A stretch of 64,000 bases of DNA from Chrysomallon squamiferum (taxonomy: Eukaryota; Animalia; Mollusca): NCBI GenBank assembly GCA_012295275.1, contig CM022675.1:7192001-7256000 (forward strand), written 5' to 3'. The notes below the pieces were generated by a model, which ran no database searches, had not been told where the DNA came from, and saw only the letters and a list, made by a program, of their open reading frames with translations. Position numbers and translations under genes: made by a program. The first letter of the stretch is position 1. The number at the start of each line of letters is the position of its first letter. Below are positions 1 through 14,477 of this stretch, one piece after another.

Positions 1-376
1 CTGTGTAAAACATAATATATGTCACAGCAGATAATTCCAGATGTAATTTCAGGAAGAAATTATTATTTTTTTATTAATAAATATTATGACTTGTTTCCTT
101 CAGCATGTTAATAATTTAAAAACTACATAAAAAAAAAAAAGTTTTCAGAATAAAAAACAAAATTCATTGTTTTTATTATTGAAAATAAAATATTTATTAA
201 TTTAAATTTATTTTCAGCTTTGTTATTTAACTATTTTTTTTTTTTTTTTTATTTCAGATTTTTAATTTTTTATATATTTTTTTTAAATCATTTTTTTCAT
301 TAATAATTCATCTTTTCATTTTATTTCAGATTTTTAAATAATAATTTACATTTTAATAGAATATATTTTTTCTTAG

Positions 377-519
377 AAGACATGTTCGATTTTAGGCAGA
401 AATGTTGTGGTTGTTGTTGCTGTTGTTGTAGTAGTAGTAGTTGTTGTTGTTGTTGTTGTTGTAAAAGATGTTTTCAGATTCATACTTCTACAGAAAAACA
501 ACAAGAATCAAGATAAAAG
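377..519 (+). other. Candidate small exon (possible alternative first coding exon)
   Basis: Acceptor tattttttcttAG ends at 376; consensus donor AAG|GTAAGT at 519/520. ATG382 gives MFDFRQKCCGCCCCCCSSSSCCCCCCCKRCFQIHTSTEKQQESR*. ATG468 gives MFSDSYFYRKTTRIKIK, open to the donor. Confidence 0.35.
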
Positions 520-647
520 GTAAGTCAAATTTTCTGTTTTATTTTTCATGTATTTGGATAGTTTGCTAATTAATTTGATTAATTAATTAATTGGTTATTT
601 AAAAATCATTAGAACTATTAATATGCAAAACTGAATTTAATTAATTT

Positions 648-880
648 ATGTATGAATGTATATTTGTGCATATTTATGTGTGTATGTATGTATCTGTGTA
701 TGTGTATGTATGTATGTATGTATGTATGTATACGTATATATGTATGTGTGTGTAAGTGTATGTATGTATGTATGTATGTATGTATATATATATATATGTA
801 TGTATGTATGTGTAAGTGTGTATGTGTATGTATGTGTCTGAATGTATGTGTGTATGTGTGTGTGTGTGTGTGTGTGCATA
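648..880. repeat. (TATG)n/(TG)n compound microsatellite
   Basis: Visible directly in the sequence. Confidence 0.95.
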
Positions 881-1404
881 CATGCAGTACATATACATTT
901 GTATATAGATAAATATTTAGTTTTTCTTTGTATAAATATGTATACCGTCAGCGTACCTTATATGTGTGTGTATTATATCAGGAATTCCCAAAGATATGCA
1001 AAACCTAGAAATGCTCAGAATACTTATACAAAATGACATCATTTTACCCTCTAAACTTTCATAACTCGAAATCCTACCTAACTGTACTACTAAGCTCTTC
1101 TAAAACCCACATAAATCATACTGAAGTATATCTAGCATACTGTTTGCCACCATTAGAATATAATGTATCATACAGTAGTGTTTAAAAATATTTTCAAATT
1201 GGTCAAAACTACGGAAGTGAAAATTGAATATAAAAACTGATAAAATATAAGTAGATCATAAACTCTTCAGTATTCTAGATTTATATAACAATTCATTACA
1301 TAACAATTAAGTTTATTATAGTGTATAATTAAATTATTATTTTTTTTTTTTTTTTCAAAACTACAATAAGTCAAAAACATGGATGCCAAAACCACATACA
1401 CACA

Positions 1405-1435
<31 letters not shown>

Positions 1436-2911
1436 GAGAGAGTGGCTCATTTTTTTATTATTTATTTTAAAGGACAGAAGTTCTCTTTAATAATTAGCTT
1501 TTCTATTTCAGGAAGCAGTTAATTAGCATTTAAAATTAACAGCAGGTCCCACTCGAAGGTTTTTTTTTTTAAATAATTAAACGAGACACTTACTGTGTCA
1601 GTTCAAGTGATTTATTTGCCTGGCAGAATTTAAAATATCACTTCACTTAATTTACTTAAAGGTTTAAGTGTATTTTCAAAGGGTTTTTTTTTTTTTTTTC
1701 TAGGATTCTTTTTTTTTTTTTTTTTTTTTTTCTCTTAATGTAGTGTAATTGTTAAGGTGTGAAAATCTATTCATGTGTGGATAAAAAAATGGTAACTGTT
1801 TTGTTTTGTTTTTTTTGTGTTTTTCTGCTTGACTGATTTTCGTGTTTATTTGTTATCTTTTTTCTCCTTCCTCGTACTTTCTCTCTATCTGCTTTTGTTT
1901 CTTTCATTTTCTGATTCTTTCTTACTTTCTTTTTTTCTTTTTTCTGAATTTTTTTTTTTTTTTTACTTTCTTTCATCTTTCACTCTTTCCCTCTTTTTTC
2001 CTTTCTTTCTTTTTCTTTCTGTTGTCTCAGTCTATCACTTTCTTTCTCTTTCTGTCTCTCCCTCTCTCTTTCTCTTTTTTTTGTCACTTCTTCTGTCACT
2101 CTTTCTTTCTTTCTCTTTCTGTCTCTCTCTCAGATTCTCTTTTTTTCTTCTCTTCTTCTGTCCTTTTCTTTCTTTCTCTCTCTCTCTCATTTATATTTCA
2201 TTTCTTTCCCTTCATCCTTTTTCTCTTTCTTTCATTCTCTCTCTTTCTTTCTCTCTTTCACAGTTCTTCATATTCTTTTTCTCACATTACAGTAAAAAAC
2301 ACAAAAAAAAAAAAATAAAAAAAATATTTGCAGCCATCATAAAATCTCCACAAACGTGTTATTCTAACGTCTTACTTTATTATTACTAAAGATTGATTAC
2401 TACAAACAAGCCTTAAATTGCCAAAAAAGCTTTTAAGGCTAAGCTTTAATCTGATCAAAAGGTCGGTCAGTCTATCTGTCTGTAAGTAAACTTATATTTG
2501 TACAGACAAAATATGTTTTATGACTTAGTCAGGTGACTTGTGTTTCATTGTTTTTTTGACATTTCTGTAAGTCTGTGTGTCTGTGAGTGTCTTTTCTTCA
2601 GTCACATATTTACTGACTGACATATACATAATGTAAGCTACTGGCTGTGAGGTTATGGCACTTATTGCATGGGGTCAAGTTTAGATATTGATTAAAAGTT
2701 AAATAATTGGGATAAATGTCAGTGTCAGGGTTTATCAAATAGTGAGAACCATTTTTCCCAATCTGGATTAAAACGTGGCAGACCCTGAGTTCATGTTATT
2801 AGAAAAGAAATTTAAAAAAATATAATATTAATAAAAATATGTCTATATATATATACCTCTGTCTCTCTTTTTTCTTTCTTTCTCTCTCTTTCTCTCACTT
2901 TTTCTATCTCT

Positions 2912-3007
<96 letters not shown>

Positions 3008-3126
3008 AACACACAAACAAACAAACATACACATTTATTCTTTTACTCTCTGACTCTGTTTTTGTTTCATGTAAACATATAAAATAAACTTAAGGTACCT
3101 TTCCCAACAGTGGGTCACATTTTATA

Positions 3127-3173
<47 letters not shown>

Positions 3174-3662
3174 CTAACAAGTAAACTCAACATTAGTTAT
3201 AACCAGGTGTGAAATAGACTTACAGGTAATAACAATAACACACTTGTAATTTATTAAAAAAGTACAAACCACAGGTAACCCCCCCCACTGATATACCTGG
3301 AAATACCTATTGTAGATGAAACCATCTTGGTGTGTTGTGAATAAATATACCATTATTCTCAATGAAACTGGGGGTTTTGAACTATCAAGATCTGAGTGCT
3401 GAGTTTGAGTTTGTGAATAGAAACTCAATACTTGACAAATGGGAGTGATTTGTGTGGTGTAGAATTGTATTCTGTGGTAGAGCTGAGTTGTATAAAAAAA
3501 AGTGTCAATATAGCGATACAGTGTTTGAAGAAATAAGACTAGATAAAACAGACTGAAGGAAAGAAAGAGGTAAAGAATGAGAAAGAGTCAGAGAGAAAGA
3601 AAAGAGAAGAAGGGAGAGATAAAGGTAGAGAGATGATAATGATGATGATGAAATAGCCTGAG

Positions 3663-3759
<97 letters not shown>

Positions 3760-4276
3760 GAGAGAGTAAGTTTATCTTTCTCTATTTTCTCTCTTTTTTT
3801 TCTTGTTCCTTGCCAACAGATTAAAGTCCTATTTTTATACTGCATTGGTTACAGCAGACACAGATTAAAATATATATACATATTTTTTTAACTCACATAG
3901 CTCTCATTATAGCAAAAACAGCTTTAAAAATGGTATTCATATAACTGTCTCCCACGCAAAGATAATTTAAGTAGTCAGTTTTTGCATTACTATGAATTTA
4001 TCAATACAGATCAAACACACTTTTCATAATGATATCTTTAAAATAGAGATTAAATATGAATTACCCTTTGATCTGTATTAGATTGAAATCTTGGTGGGTT
4101 TTTTTCATCTTATTTTATGTAATAGAAAGAATGATGTAGTCTGTGTAGGTTGTCTGTTAGAGAAGTTAGTTCTCTATTGTTGATTGTCAAACAAACCACT
4201 GTTTGTGAGGAAAAAAATTATTTTATGAATGAGTTTTTTTGCATTTCTTAATATTTTTTATTACTGTTTCCCTGAA

Positions 4277-4815
<539 letters not shown>

Positions 4816-5236
4816 ATAAAACAACATGACTGATGCAACAATATAAATGTAATATGATATATGAAATATTCCCCGACTTCATTACTGGGAAATATAAAAA
4901 CTAATTATTAAAAAAATATTTGTAATGTTTTAACTTTTTTGTCTCAATATTGTCAGAAATATATTTCCTTCTAAACACACAGAGAAAAAAAATCAAAAAA
5001 AATTAAACAAAGTTTCATTATATTGTTAAAAAAAACAACTAATTTGTCAGTCTCCCTCAAACAAATAATTGTCAAACAAATATTTTTTTTTTGTATTTGC
5101 CCTTTCTTTTTTTCAAAAATCTTCAACAATCTGCTTCAACATATTGTCAAACTTGCAGCCTCATGTCTCCCTATTTGTCAGAAATCTTTTTTTTTTTTTT
5201 TCTTTTCTTTTATTCATTTTCTGATTTATTTTCTCT

Positions 5237-5270
<34 letters not shown>

Positions 5271-5696
5271 AATGTCAAACAGCTGTATGTTAAAGTGTTC
5301 ATTAAAATTACTAGAATGTACTTCATGGAATTTGTTCTCTGAAAAAGCCTTTATTACTAACCAAGTCCATGTGACATACTCAGTGTATTGCACATGTGTT
5401 AGTAATATAATATATCTAGGAATGGAGTGCACAGATATTTTTGAAATTGTATATATAGGAATACACTATTGGTGGTGGTGTGTGTGTGTGTGTGTGGAAA
5501 CTGATATATATATATATATATAGATATACAGACAGATAGATTAGTGTATGGATGGATGGATGGATGGATGGATGGATGGATGCACTGTTAGATAGACAGA
5601 AGATAGAAAGACAGTCTGATAAATAGATTGACACATATTTTGTATATATGTATGTACATGTATGGATGTGTGTGTGTGTGTATGTGTGTGTGTATG

Positions 5697-5768
<72 letters not shown>

Positions 5769-6584
5769 TAAACAGAGTGACAGACAAACAGACAAATATA
5801 CAGATAGAATTAATCTTTGGGTTTTGCATGTACAAGCATAATGCTTAATATATGTATGTATATCTGTGTGTATGTATGTGCACATACTAGAAATTAAAAA
5901 TAAACAAAACTTGACAATGAACTAAATTTCTGTTCTCTGTGTAATATATCACTTTAAAAACTTGTCAGTACCTATAACATATTAAAATTGTATAACACGT
6001 GTGTGAAATACAAAGTGATATTTTGCTCCACTACCTGATAACAACTTGGGAGTGTAAATACAAATTGGTTTTTATCCACTAAGAGATAAAATGAAGTGTT
6101 CTCTACATGATTATTGTGTCAGCAACAGAAACACAAGTCTTAACAGATTCATAAACAGGCTAGGCTGCCTCTTGCAGGCTTCAGTGCCAGGACTTTGAGT
6201 TAGAGCTTAGAATAAGTTAAGAGAAGAGTTTCTTCTTGTGTTATTCAGTCTTGTCCATTCTAGATGTTGTTTTTAGCATTGTGACAGCGACTTCAAGTAA
6301 AATAGACAGAGCACAAAACAAACACAGAGCATAGAGAACAGCACAGAGCTTAAAACTTGTAGAACATAAACTTGGAGCCTATAATGCAGAGCTTTTTAGC
6401 ACAGAGAGAGCTAATAAGCTAGATCATAGAGCTTAGAGTGTAGAGCTTAAAGTGTAGAGCTTATTGCTTAGAGCTTTATCAACTCGTAAAAAAATATTTT
6501 AATAATTTTTCTATTTAAATATTTTGTTCTTACAAACACTAAGATGGATTAATAGGATTAGGATTATCAAGATTATCAGTTATT

Positions 6585-6692
6585 TAAATTTAATTTCACC
6601 TTGCCTTAGTCCTCATTACCCAAAGAAGTCACTACAGGGATTTGAACCGACAACCTGCCGATCACTCCTTTCCACTGTCTTAACCACTGTGT
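6585..6692 (-). mobile_element. tRNA-derived SINE 5' remnant
   Basis: The reverse strand has an A-box-like CACAGTGGTTAAG (6679-6691) and a B-box GGTTCAAATCC (6638-6648) at tRNA-like spacing. No cloverleaf is evident. Confidence 0.55.
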
Positions 6693-7365
6693 GAATTTTA
6701 AAGGGAATCACTCCTGCTAAACTCTGAGCTGTCACTATCAGAGACTGGCAGATGATGGTGTGTTACAGACAGACAGGCAGGCTCCTGAAGGGAAAACCAG
6801 GGATTCATGAATGATTGAGAAGTTTTCTGAACGATTAGCAGACTCGCAGACAAAAGAAAAATGGAATTCATTTTCTTCATGAGTGAACACGGAACTAAGC
6901 TGAGCTTTTTCGTGAAAAGAAGGAATGTTTTTAGCTTTGATAGGAAAATAAAAGAAAGAAAGAAAAAAAAAGAGAAATGTGTAGGATGAGAGGAATGTTT
7001 TTGTGACATAAAAGGGATAAAATCATTCATGGTGAAAAGGAAAACTGGGGTCTTGGTTGTATGAATGGATGTTACAAATGTGTGGGTGTATCTCTGTGTG
7101 TCTGTATCTCTGTGTGTCTCTATCTCTGTGTGTCTGTGTGTAGCCTGTATAAAACTTAGTGTGTTATAATGTTAATAGTTACTGGAGGGGGGTTCACTGT
7201 CAAGGTTTTTTTATTCATTTATCAAACACACATGCATGCACACACACACACACACATACACACACACATACATACACACACACACACACACATACACATA
7301 CATACATATACACATATACATTCTTATATAAACATATATACATTCTTACATACATATATACTTAA

Positions 7366-7440
<75 letters not shown>

Positions 7441-8339
7441 CAGACAGACAGACAGACAAATACAGACAAAGAGGCTTTATATATATAAATATAAATACAT
7501 ACACACATACTTACACATATACACACTCACAAACAAATACACAAACACACACACACACACACACAAAAAAGAAAAATCTTACAGATTAGCAATAAATATT
7601 CTTTTACATGCACCTTCTCATGGGCTGCACTGCTCACTAAAATATGAACATTAGCTGAATTGCTACTTCTCTGTTTATCAAAAAGTGAAGAAACACAAAC
7701 TTTCATTGACTAATTAAATTTGTAACAGTTCCAACCATTTCCCACTGATTCCGATATAAAAAGGAGAATGGTGTGTGTTGCCTTGCTAATGAGAAAAATG
7801 AAATTACAAAATACTTCTTCTCACTAAGCAAGAAATATTGACCAATTTAATTATAACAACATCAGTTAAAAAAGTTAATACTTTCAAAAAATAAACAGAA
7901 GATAAAAAATCTCCATTAAATTTGACCCATTTTGATTTTCCATCTAAAACCATAAACATACCACCATAACAATTTTATGTTTGAATCCTACATAAAGGAA
8001 CATTCTTAAACATTCCATTAACCCCATCAAAAGTCCAATGACATAACCACTGGGCCACCAGCCCATCTGCACACACAAAGACAATGTTTTATTAAACTTT
8101 AAAAGAAATCTTTAACCCTTTGTTCTGTAAAAAAATAAATAATTAGAAGAAGCCAATATTACTCAGCATGTTGGATAATACACTGTGTAAACATCTTCAC
8201 TTATTGTTTGTATAAATATATCACACATAACAGGATGCTGGAGAGTCCCTGTAGAGCCTCACCTATATAAATAATGAATACGTCACTGACATGTTATACT
8301 GTGTAATAAGAATACTGATATTAAATTTACTATTACTTC

Positions 8340-8890
8340 TGTCATTATTATTACAGTTATTAAATTGCTGCTGCTAGTACTACTACTATTACTACTACCA
8401 CTGCACTTACTATTATTACAACTACTCCTGTAACTACATCTAGTACTACTACTGTTAGCATTACTACTGTTACTATTATTAATACTATTCATATTACTAC
8501 AGCTCCTACTTCTACTATTATTATTATTATTATTACTACTATAACTTCTCCTACTACTGTTATTATTACTAGTTCTACTACTTCTACTGCTATTACTATT
8601 ACTAATACTACTCCTAAAACATCCTGTTACAATAGCTACTACTGCTGCTATTAGTATTACTATTACAACTTCTACTACTACTACTTTTACTAATACCATG
8701 GCTACTATAGCTACTACTTTTTGTAATATTATTATTACTGTTATAGCTTCTACTGCTGCTATTACTGTTACTAATGCTACTGCTACTGCTGATGCTACTA
8801 TTACTATTATTATTTTAACTACAACTACTACAACTACTACAATTACTTCTATTACATCTGCTGTTGCTTCTTTTATTGCTACTACTACAT
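8340..8890. repeat. (ACT/ATT/GCT)n degenerate trinucleotide tract
   Basis: Visible directly; explains the poly-S/N/T/V ORFs. Confidence 0.9.
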
Positions 8891-10325
8891 AAAAGAAAAA
8901 GAGAGAAAGAAATAAAGAAAGAAATAAAGAAAGAAAGAAAAAGTTTTAGAAATAGTGAAAAATATTTTTAAAATTTTTTAAAAAAAGAATCAAGTAGATT
9001 ATAGAACAGAATAGAAAGTCTGAAGAAGGAAATATTTAAAGAAAGAGAGAAAGACCAAGAAGGAAAGAAAGAATAAAGAAAAGACATCAGGAAATGAAAG
9101 AAAGTAAAAGCAGAGAGAAACTTAGTAATTATCGAAACTCTTGCTAATTAATTAGACTGACTAAGTGGTTTAGTAAGGTTTTAAGTTTTTCACTTAAAGA
9201 GTCACTTGAGTGAAAAGATGTCAGTGCAAAGAGTGACAGACGAACTGGTTAGTTACTACTTGACTTTCTTTAGTTAGTTGTTGTTGTTTTTTAAATTTTA
9301 TTTTCTTGTTTGTTTGTTTATTTAGTTTGTTTTTATTTATTCATATTTATTTTTTAGTTATTTGTTTAATTAATTAATTTATTTCATGTTATTTATTTAA
9401 TTATTTATTTACTTCCATTTATTAATTTAGTTTTTTTTTGTATTTGTTTGTTTATTTATATGTTTGTTGTTTATTTATTTATTTGTTTATTTGTTTATTT
9501 ATTTATTTAATTATATTTTTATCTATTTGTTTTACTTATTTTTTTGTTTCTTGGTTTGTTTATTTGTTTTATTTTTTTGTTTGTTTATTTAAATTTTTAT
9601 TTATTTATTTATTTGTTTACTTGTTTATTTATTTTAATTTTTTATTTGTTTGTTTATTTATTATGTGTTTATTTATTTATTTATTTATTTATTTATTATA
9701 TTTCTATCATTTAAATATTAATTTATTTATTTAATAATATTACAGCTCAGAATAACTGATTATTCAGTTAATATTTATTTCATTTGCAATTCTGCATAAA
9801 TAAATAATTTATTTTAAATATTTATTTATTACTTCTTTCATTCAATAAATAATTCATTATTGTTTTTGTCATTGTATTAATATTAATTATGAAGAATATG
9901 ACTGCAACATCATTATTACACCATCAACACTGTCATCATCATCATCATCATTCACTTTTTTATTTATACTGGGATTAATTCTTACTATGACACACACATT
10001 ATCACATTCTTATAGTACAAATATGTGTTCACACACACACACACACAGACACACACACACACACACATACAACACTCATATATATATGAATGTAGACATG
10101 AATATATATGTAATTAAAAACAGTATACAGTTTCTGAAACAAAAAAAAAAACTTTTCAAATATTTCATTTCCAATTAGAAAGCTTTGAACAATACGTCGA
10201 TTGAGATCTCTCAACTTTACAACATCTGGAAGGAATTTCTGTGAAGCCACAAATCAAAATCTTTGATATTTGTCATGAAATTCAACCCCAAGACACATAA
10301 AAAACTGACACAGAAAGGATTTGAA

Positions 10326-10395
10326 TTTCATTGGCTGGCGTTATGTAACAAGGCATTTCATTGGTGGAGCAGCAAGTGCTTGTGACTTTCATTGG
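10326..10395. promoter_or_regulatory. Three phased reverse CCAAT boxes (NF-Y-type)
   Basis: TTTCATTGG occurs three times, with ATTGG at 10330, 10360 and 10391 (30 and 31 bp spacing). Confidence 0.4.
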
Positions 10396-11639
10396 GAACT
10401 GGTACGTTTTTAAAGTGCGATGTGAGACCACTCTTGTTAAAGTACAGGAACATGTCTACTAAGTGTTTGACATATATGAACAACTGTTGACACAGATTTC
10501 ATATATTTTATACTAAGATTTGATGAATAAGAAAATAAAGGATTTTACTGACTTAGTTTTAAATGAATTAAAAATAATAATAATAATAATAAATAAACCA
10601 AAAAAACCCCAAATATAACAAAACAAAACAATAATAATAAATAAATAAATAAATAAATAAATTAAATAAATAGAATAGAATAGAATAAAAGAAAATAAAA
10701 GAAAAGAAAAGAAATAAAAATAAGAACCATGACCCTACTATTTATTATTTTAAAGTATTTGCTAATTAAATAAATTAAAAATATTGTTAATATTCTCTCA
10801 TTAGAATATGTAAATAAAAATAAAAGTGAAAGAAAGAAGGCAAAAGTAATGAATGAAAATAATAAATAAATAAATAAATCAATCAATCAATAAAAAGTCA
10901 ATATAAAAATACACATTACAAGTCAGTAAATTAAATGAATGAATGAATGAATGAATAAATAAATAAAAATAAATAATAATAATAATAATAATAAAAAAAT
11001 AAATAAATAAATAAATAAAATTAAATCAATCAATCAATGAAATACCAAAAACCAAATAAAAATAATAAAAATAACAACAACAACAACAGCAATTTAAAAA
11101 ATTAAACACATTATAAAAAAATCAACAAAATGTAAAACAAACAAATAAAAAAACAAAAATTCCGTACAAAAAAACGGAAAAACGGAGAAAGCGTGTAATA
11201 TATCAGTTATCTCATGGAGGGTTTGTGTAGCTGTTTGTGTTAACTGACAGTGCAGTCTGTTCTGCTGGAGATTAATTCTGCTGATGTAGCAGGAGTTTTT
11301 AAAACACAGAAATAACAACACAGTCTGGCAATTCAATCCACTTGCTTACAAAACTTCTCTATATAAAGACTGTCTTCTTCTTTTTTTTTTTTGGATTCTA
11401 GAGGGAAACAAATTTGGGTTAAAAATTTCTCTATTATAAAGATTGTCTGATTTGGGGTTTCTGGGAAATTAAGTTCAGTTATGAATTTCTGTTTGTAGAG
11501 ATTTTTGTCTGTTTTTTTTGGGTTTTTTGGAACTTCTCTATGTGAAAATTGTCTGTTTTCTCTAGAAATCTGGAAATTAAATTCCAATCACATTTTTTTT
11601 TATTTCTTTATAAAAAAAAAAAATCATCTTTGTTGGATT

Positions 11640-11980
11640 GTGGGAAATCAATCCAGAATAAGGATTAGTGGTTTTAAAGATTTGGATTAGTGGAATAGGA
11701 AAGAGCACTTGTTCCTGAGAAATTAGTATTAGAAGACTTAAGAACAGGTGGGTGAAAATACTGGACTAGATAAAGAGGATCAAGGATTAGTGGATAAGGA
11801 GACAGGATTAGTGGAAGAGAACTAAAAATTAACAAATAAAACAATCAAGGATTAGTGTGTATGACAAAGGACCAGTGGATGAGGACTAAGGATTAGTAAA
11901 TAAGGATTGATGTACTGAGACTGAGAAACTGAAGATAAGTGGAAAATAATTCAGGATTACCAGATGACGATTAATGGATT
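11640..11980. repeat. Degenerate ~20-bp minisatellite with AAGGATTAGTGG core
   Basis: Repeated ggattagtgg/ggactag/ggattac units. Confidence 0.7.
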
Positions 11981-12393
11981 ACTATCATTCTGGATGACAA
12001 CAACACCAACATAAAAATGGAGAATTTCCACAGAACTATTTCCATAGCAACATAACTGCATAACTCATAGTTTATTCGATTTTAAAAATCATTTCAGCAT
12101 AACTGGATAATTTCTTAACCACTTGTTGATTATTGGGTGAAACAAAGCAACAGCTATACTAGAAAAGAAACAGGTTTGTTTGATTTTATTTATTTATTTT
12201 TTTATATATAAATTTAACAGCAGTCTGGTATTTGGACTTTTGCAGCTAAATTTTGAGCACACAAGTAATTAATGTTTATGTGTCTACTGATATAAACGTG
12301 AACTAAACTTGAAGATGCAGTAAAACAGAAATTTAAATTGTGGTGCTGAAAAACGCTCAATTTAACACTGTAGTCTCTGTGACGTGTTTGTGT

Positions 12394-12407
12394 GTTTCCA
12401 TAGCAAC
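12394..12407. promoter_or_regulatory. RFX X-box
   Basis: GTTTCCATAGCAAC matches the X-box consensus. Related copies lie at 12038-12051, 15102-15115 and 16130-16143. Confidence 0.45.
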
Positions 12408-12495
12408 GGGCAGTCAATGAGGTCATGACCAAAACAAAAAATTTCGTCTGGGACAAATGATCAGGAATATGTCTGCGTAAAAAAGTGTTTCACCT

Positions 12496-12940
12496 AATAC
12501 AGTCTTGTATACAATCTTATCTTGTTTAATACCACGTTGTATACAATATCCAAGCTCCGGATCACATTCTGTATACAATATTTTGTTATCCAATACAGTC
12601 CATGTACAATATAATGTTGTCTAATGGGTTTTTATACAATATCAAGTTGTGCTTCACACTGTGAACAACAGCATTTTGTCTAAGTCTTGTAGACAATATC
12701 GTCTTGTCTAATAGGGATTTCTATACAATATCAAGATATTGACCCATTCCTGTATACAATATTGCCCTGAATAATACAAGTTTATATTCAATATTAAACA
12801 ATCGATTCATTCTTAAATACAATATTGTGCTGTGTAATGTAAGTTTGTACACAATATCAAATACTGTATACAATATTATTATCATGTCTAGTATGGATTT
12901 GTATACAATACTACATTGTGGATCCAGTTCTGTATACAAC
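12496..12940. repeat. Degenerate ~31-bp minisatellite with palindromic TTGTATACAA core and two spacer types
   Basis: About 15 TGTATACAAT-like cores between 12505 and 12940. Confidence 0.85.
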
Positions 12941-13620
12941 ATTTATAGACAGTGTGAAGATATTCAGTACATGTAAGTATATTATGATCTATTTTTTGTT
13001 TTAACATTTACCTAAGTCTTAATGTAGGTCATTTTTTCATTTTTCTTCTGTCAAACTTATCATTTCTACATCATTTTCACTTTAATGCTATAAATAAAAA
13101 AAATAAAAAAAAAAAAAAATAAAAATTATAAATATTATTATACTTATACTTATATTCTTTTAATTTTTAAAAAGAATTTCCCCATTGGCCATATTTATAT
13201 AACATTGTCGAAAGAGCATAATTATGATTATAACTTCCTCTATTTATCCATATATTATGTTTACAAATTTATGTACACATATTTATGTATTTCTCTACTT
13301 TTTAAACTGCGATGAATAAATATATATAATTAGATATGTCTCTGTTTTCCCATTTTTGAAAAAAAAAAAAAAAAAAAAAAAAAAACATTTTACATCTTCT
13401 CTGTAATAATAATAATAATAATTATTATATAGCCGACTTCTTCTTTCTACATACATTACATTTTTACAAATACCTCTACACTTTTTACTCATCTTGTCAA
13501 ATATTCAGCACTAAACTAAATGACCTCATTTTTACAATATCAATCCTGATACGTCATTTTTGCGAAAGTATGCAGTAATTGTTACATTAAAAAAATGCTT
13601 CCATTACTGTAATTATCAAC

Positions 13621-14070
13621 TCTGACGTCAGAACCCTACCCCCCTCCCTCCCCCTTCAGTCTTCACCCCCTCTCCCTGATAAGTATATAATTACGTAGTA
13701 CAGTCTTTTTTTATGTCCCCCCTCCATCCATCCATCCATCTGTCTGTTTATCTACAGAGACTTTTTGCCCCTATCCATCCATCTGTGATCACAAGATTTA
13801 TACAAGCCTAGTAAAACTGTTTGTACTCAAATCTCTCTCACTCACTGTAAGACACATGTAGTGTTAAAAAAAAAAAAACGTGTCAAGTATGCTGTGAATG
13901 GTGGTGTAATACTGTCATATATTATTACCCTTCTGTTTCATACGGAGAGATGTGTGTGTGTGTGTGTCGGGGAAATTGTTCTAACAGCTGTCTGATGAGA
14001 AGTGATGGGTTAATCACAGTGCTAAGTGAAAGTATTATGTTTGTCATAATTCGGTGTTGGACGCCATTTT
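13621..14070 (+). promoter_or_regulatory. Candidate promoter: full CRE, C-rich box, TATA-like element and downstream YY1-like site
   Basis: TCTGACGTCAGA palindrome at 13621-13632, C-rich tract at about 13634-13676, TATATAA at 13684-13690, CGCCATTTT at 14062-14070. Confidence 0.35.
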
Positions 14071-14099
14071 TTTTTTGTGTTTAAAGAGACGCAATCGTA

Positions 14100-14134
<35 letters not shown>

Positions 14135-14145
<11 letters not shown>

Positions 14146-14450
14146 AAATGTTTTATTGTATTTATTTTTTTTTTTTTTTAATGGAACTTGAATGTGTCTT
14201 GTTTATAAGGACTCAAGCCTGTTTTATTTGAAGGGATTATGTCATAATTTTATTAAAGGGACTCACATGTAATTTGTTTTTAAAGGGGTTCACATGTTAT
14301 TTGTTTTTAAAGGGGTTCACACGTTATTTGTTTTTAAAGGGATTCACACTTTATTTGTTTTTAAAGGGATTCACACGTTATTTGTTTTTTTTAAAGGGAC
14401 TCAGATGTGTCTTGATTAAAGAGACTAAAACATGTCTTGTTTGAAAAGGT
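14135..14450. repeat. 27-bp minisatellite (ATTTGTTTTTAAAGGG[G/A]TTCACA[C/T]GTT)
   Basis: Four to five near-identical copies at about 14272-14405, with degenerate flanking copies. Confidence 0.9.
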
Positions 14451-14477
14451 TTTGTGTTAATCACTTGTCCATACAAT

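Noticed and set aside
1040-1300. Possible DNA-transposon internal fragment
   Set aside because: Only a general resemblance; no terminal inverted repeats or target-site duplication could be identified
6630-6695. Functional tRNA gene (also considered for 17038 onward)
   Set aside because: Only A/B-box remnants are present, with no acceptor stem or anticodon arm; better explained as SINE heads
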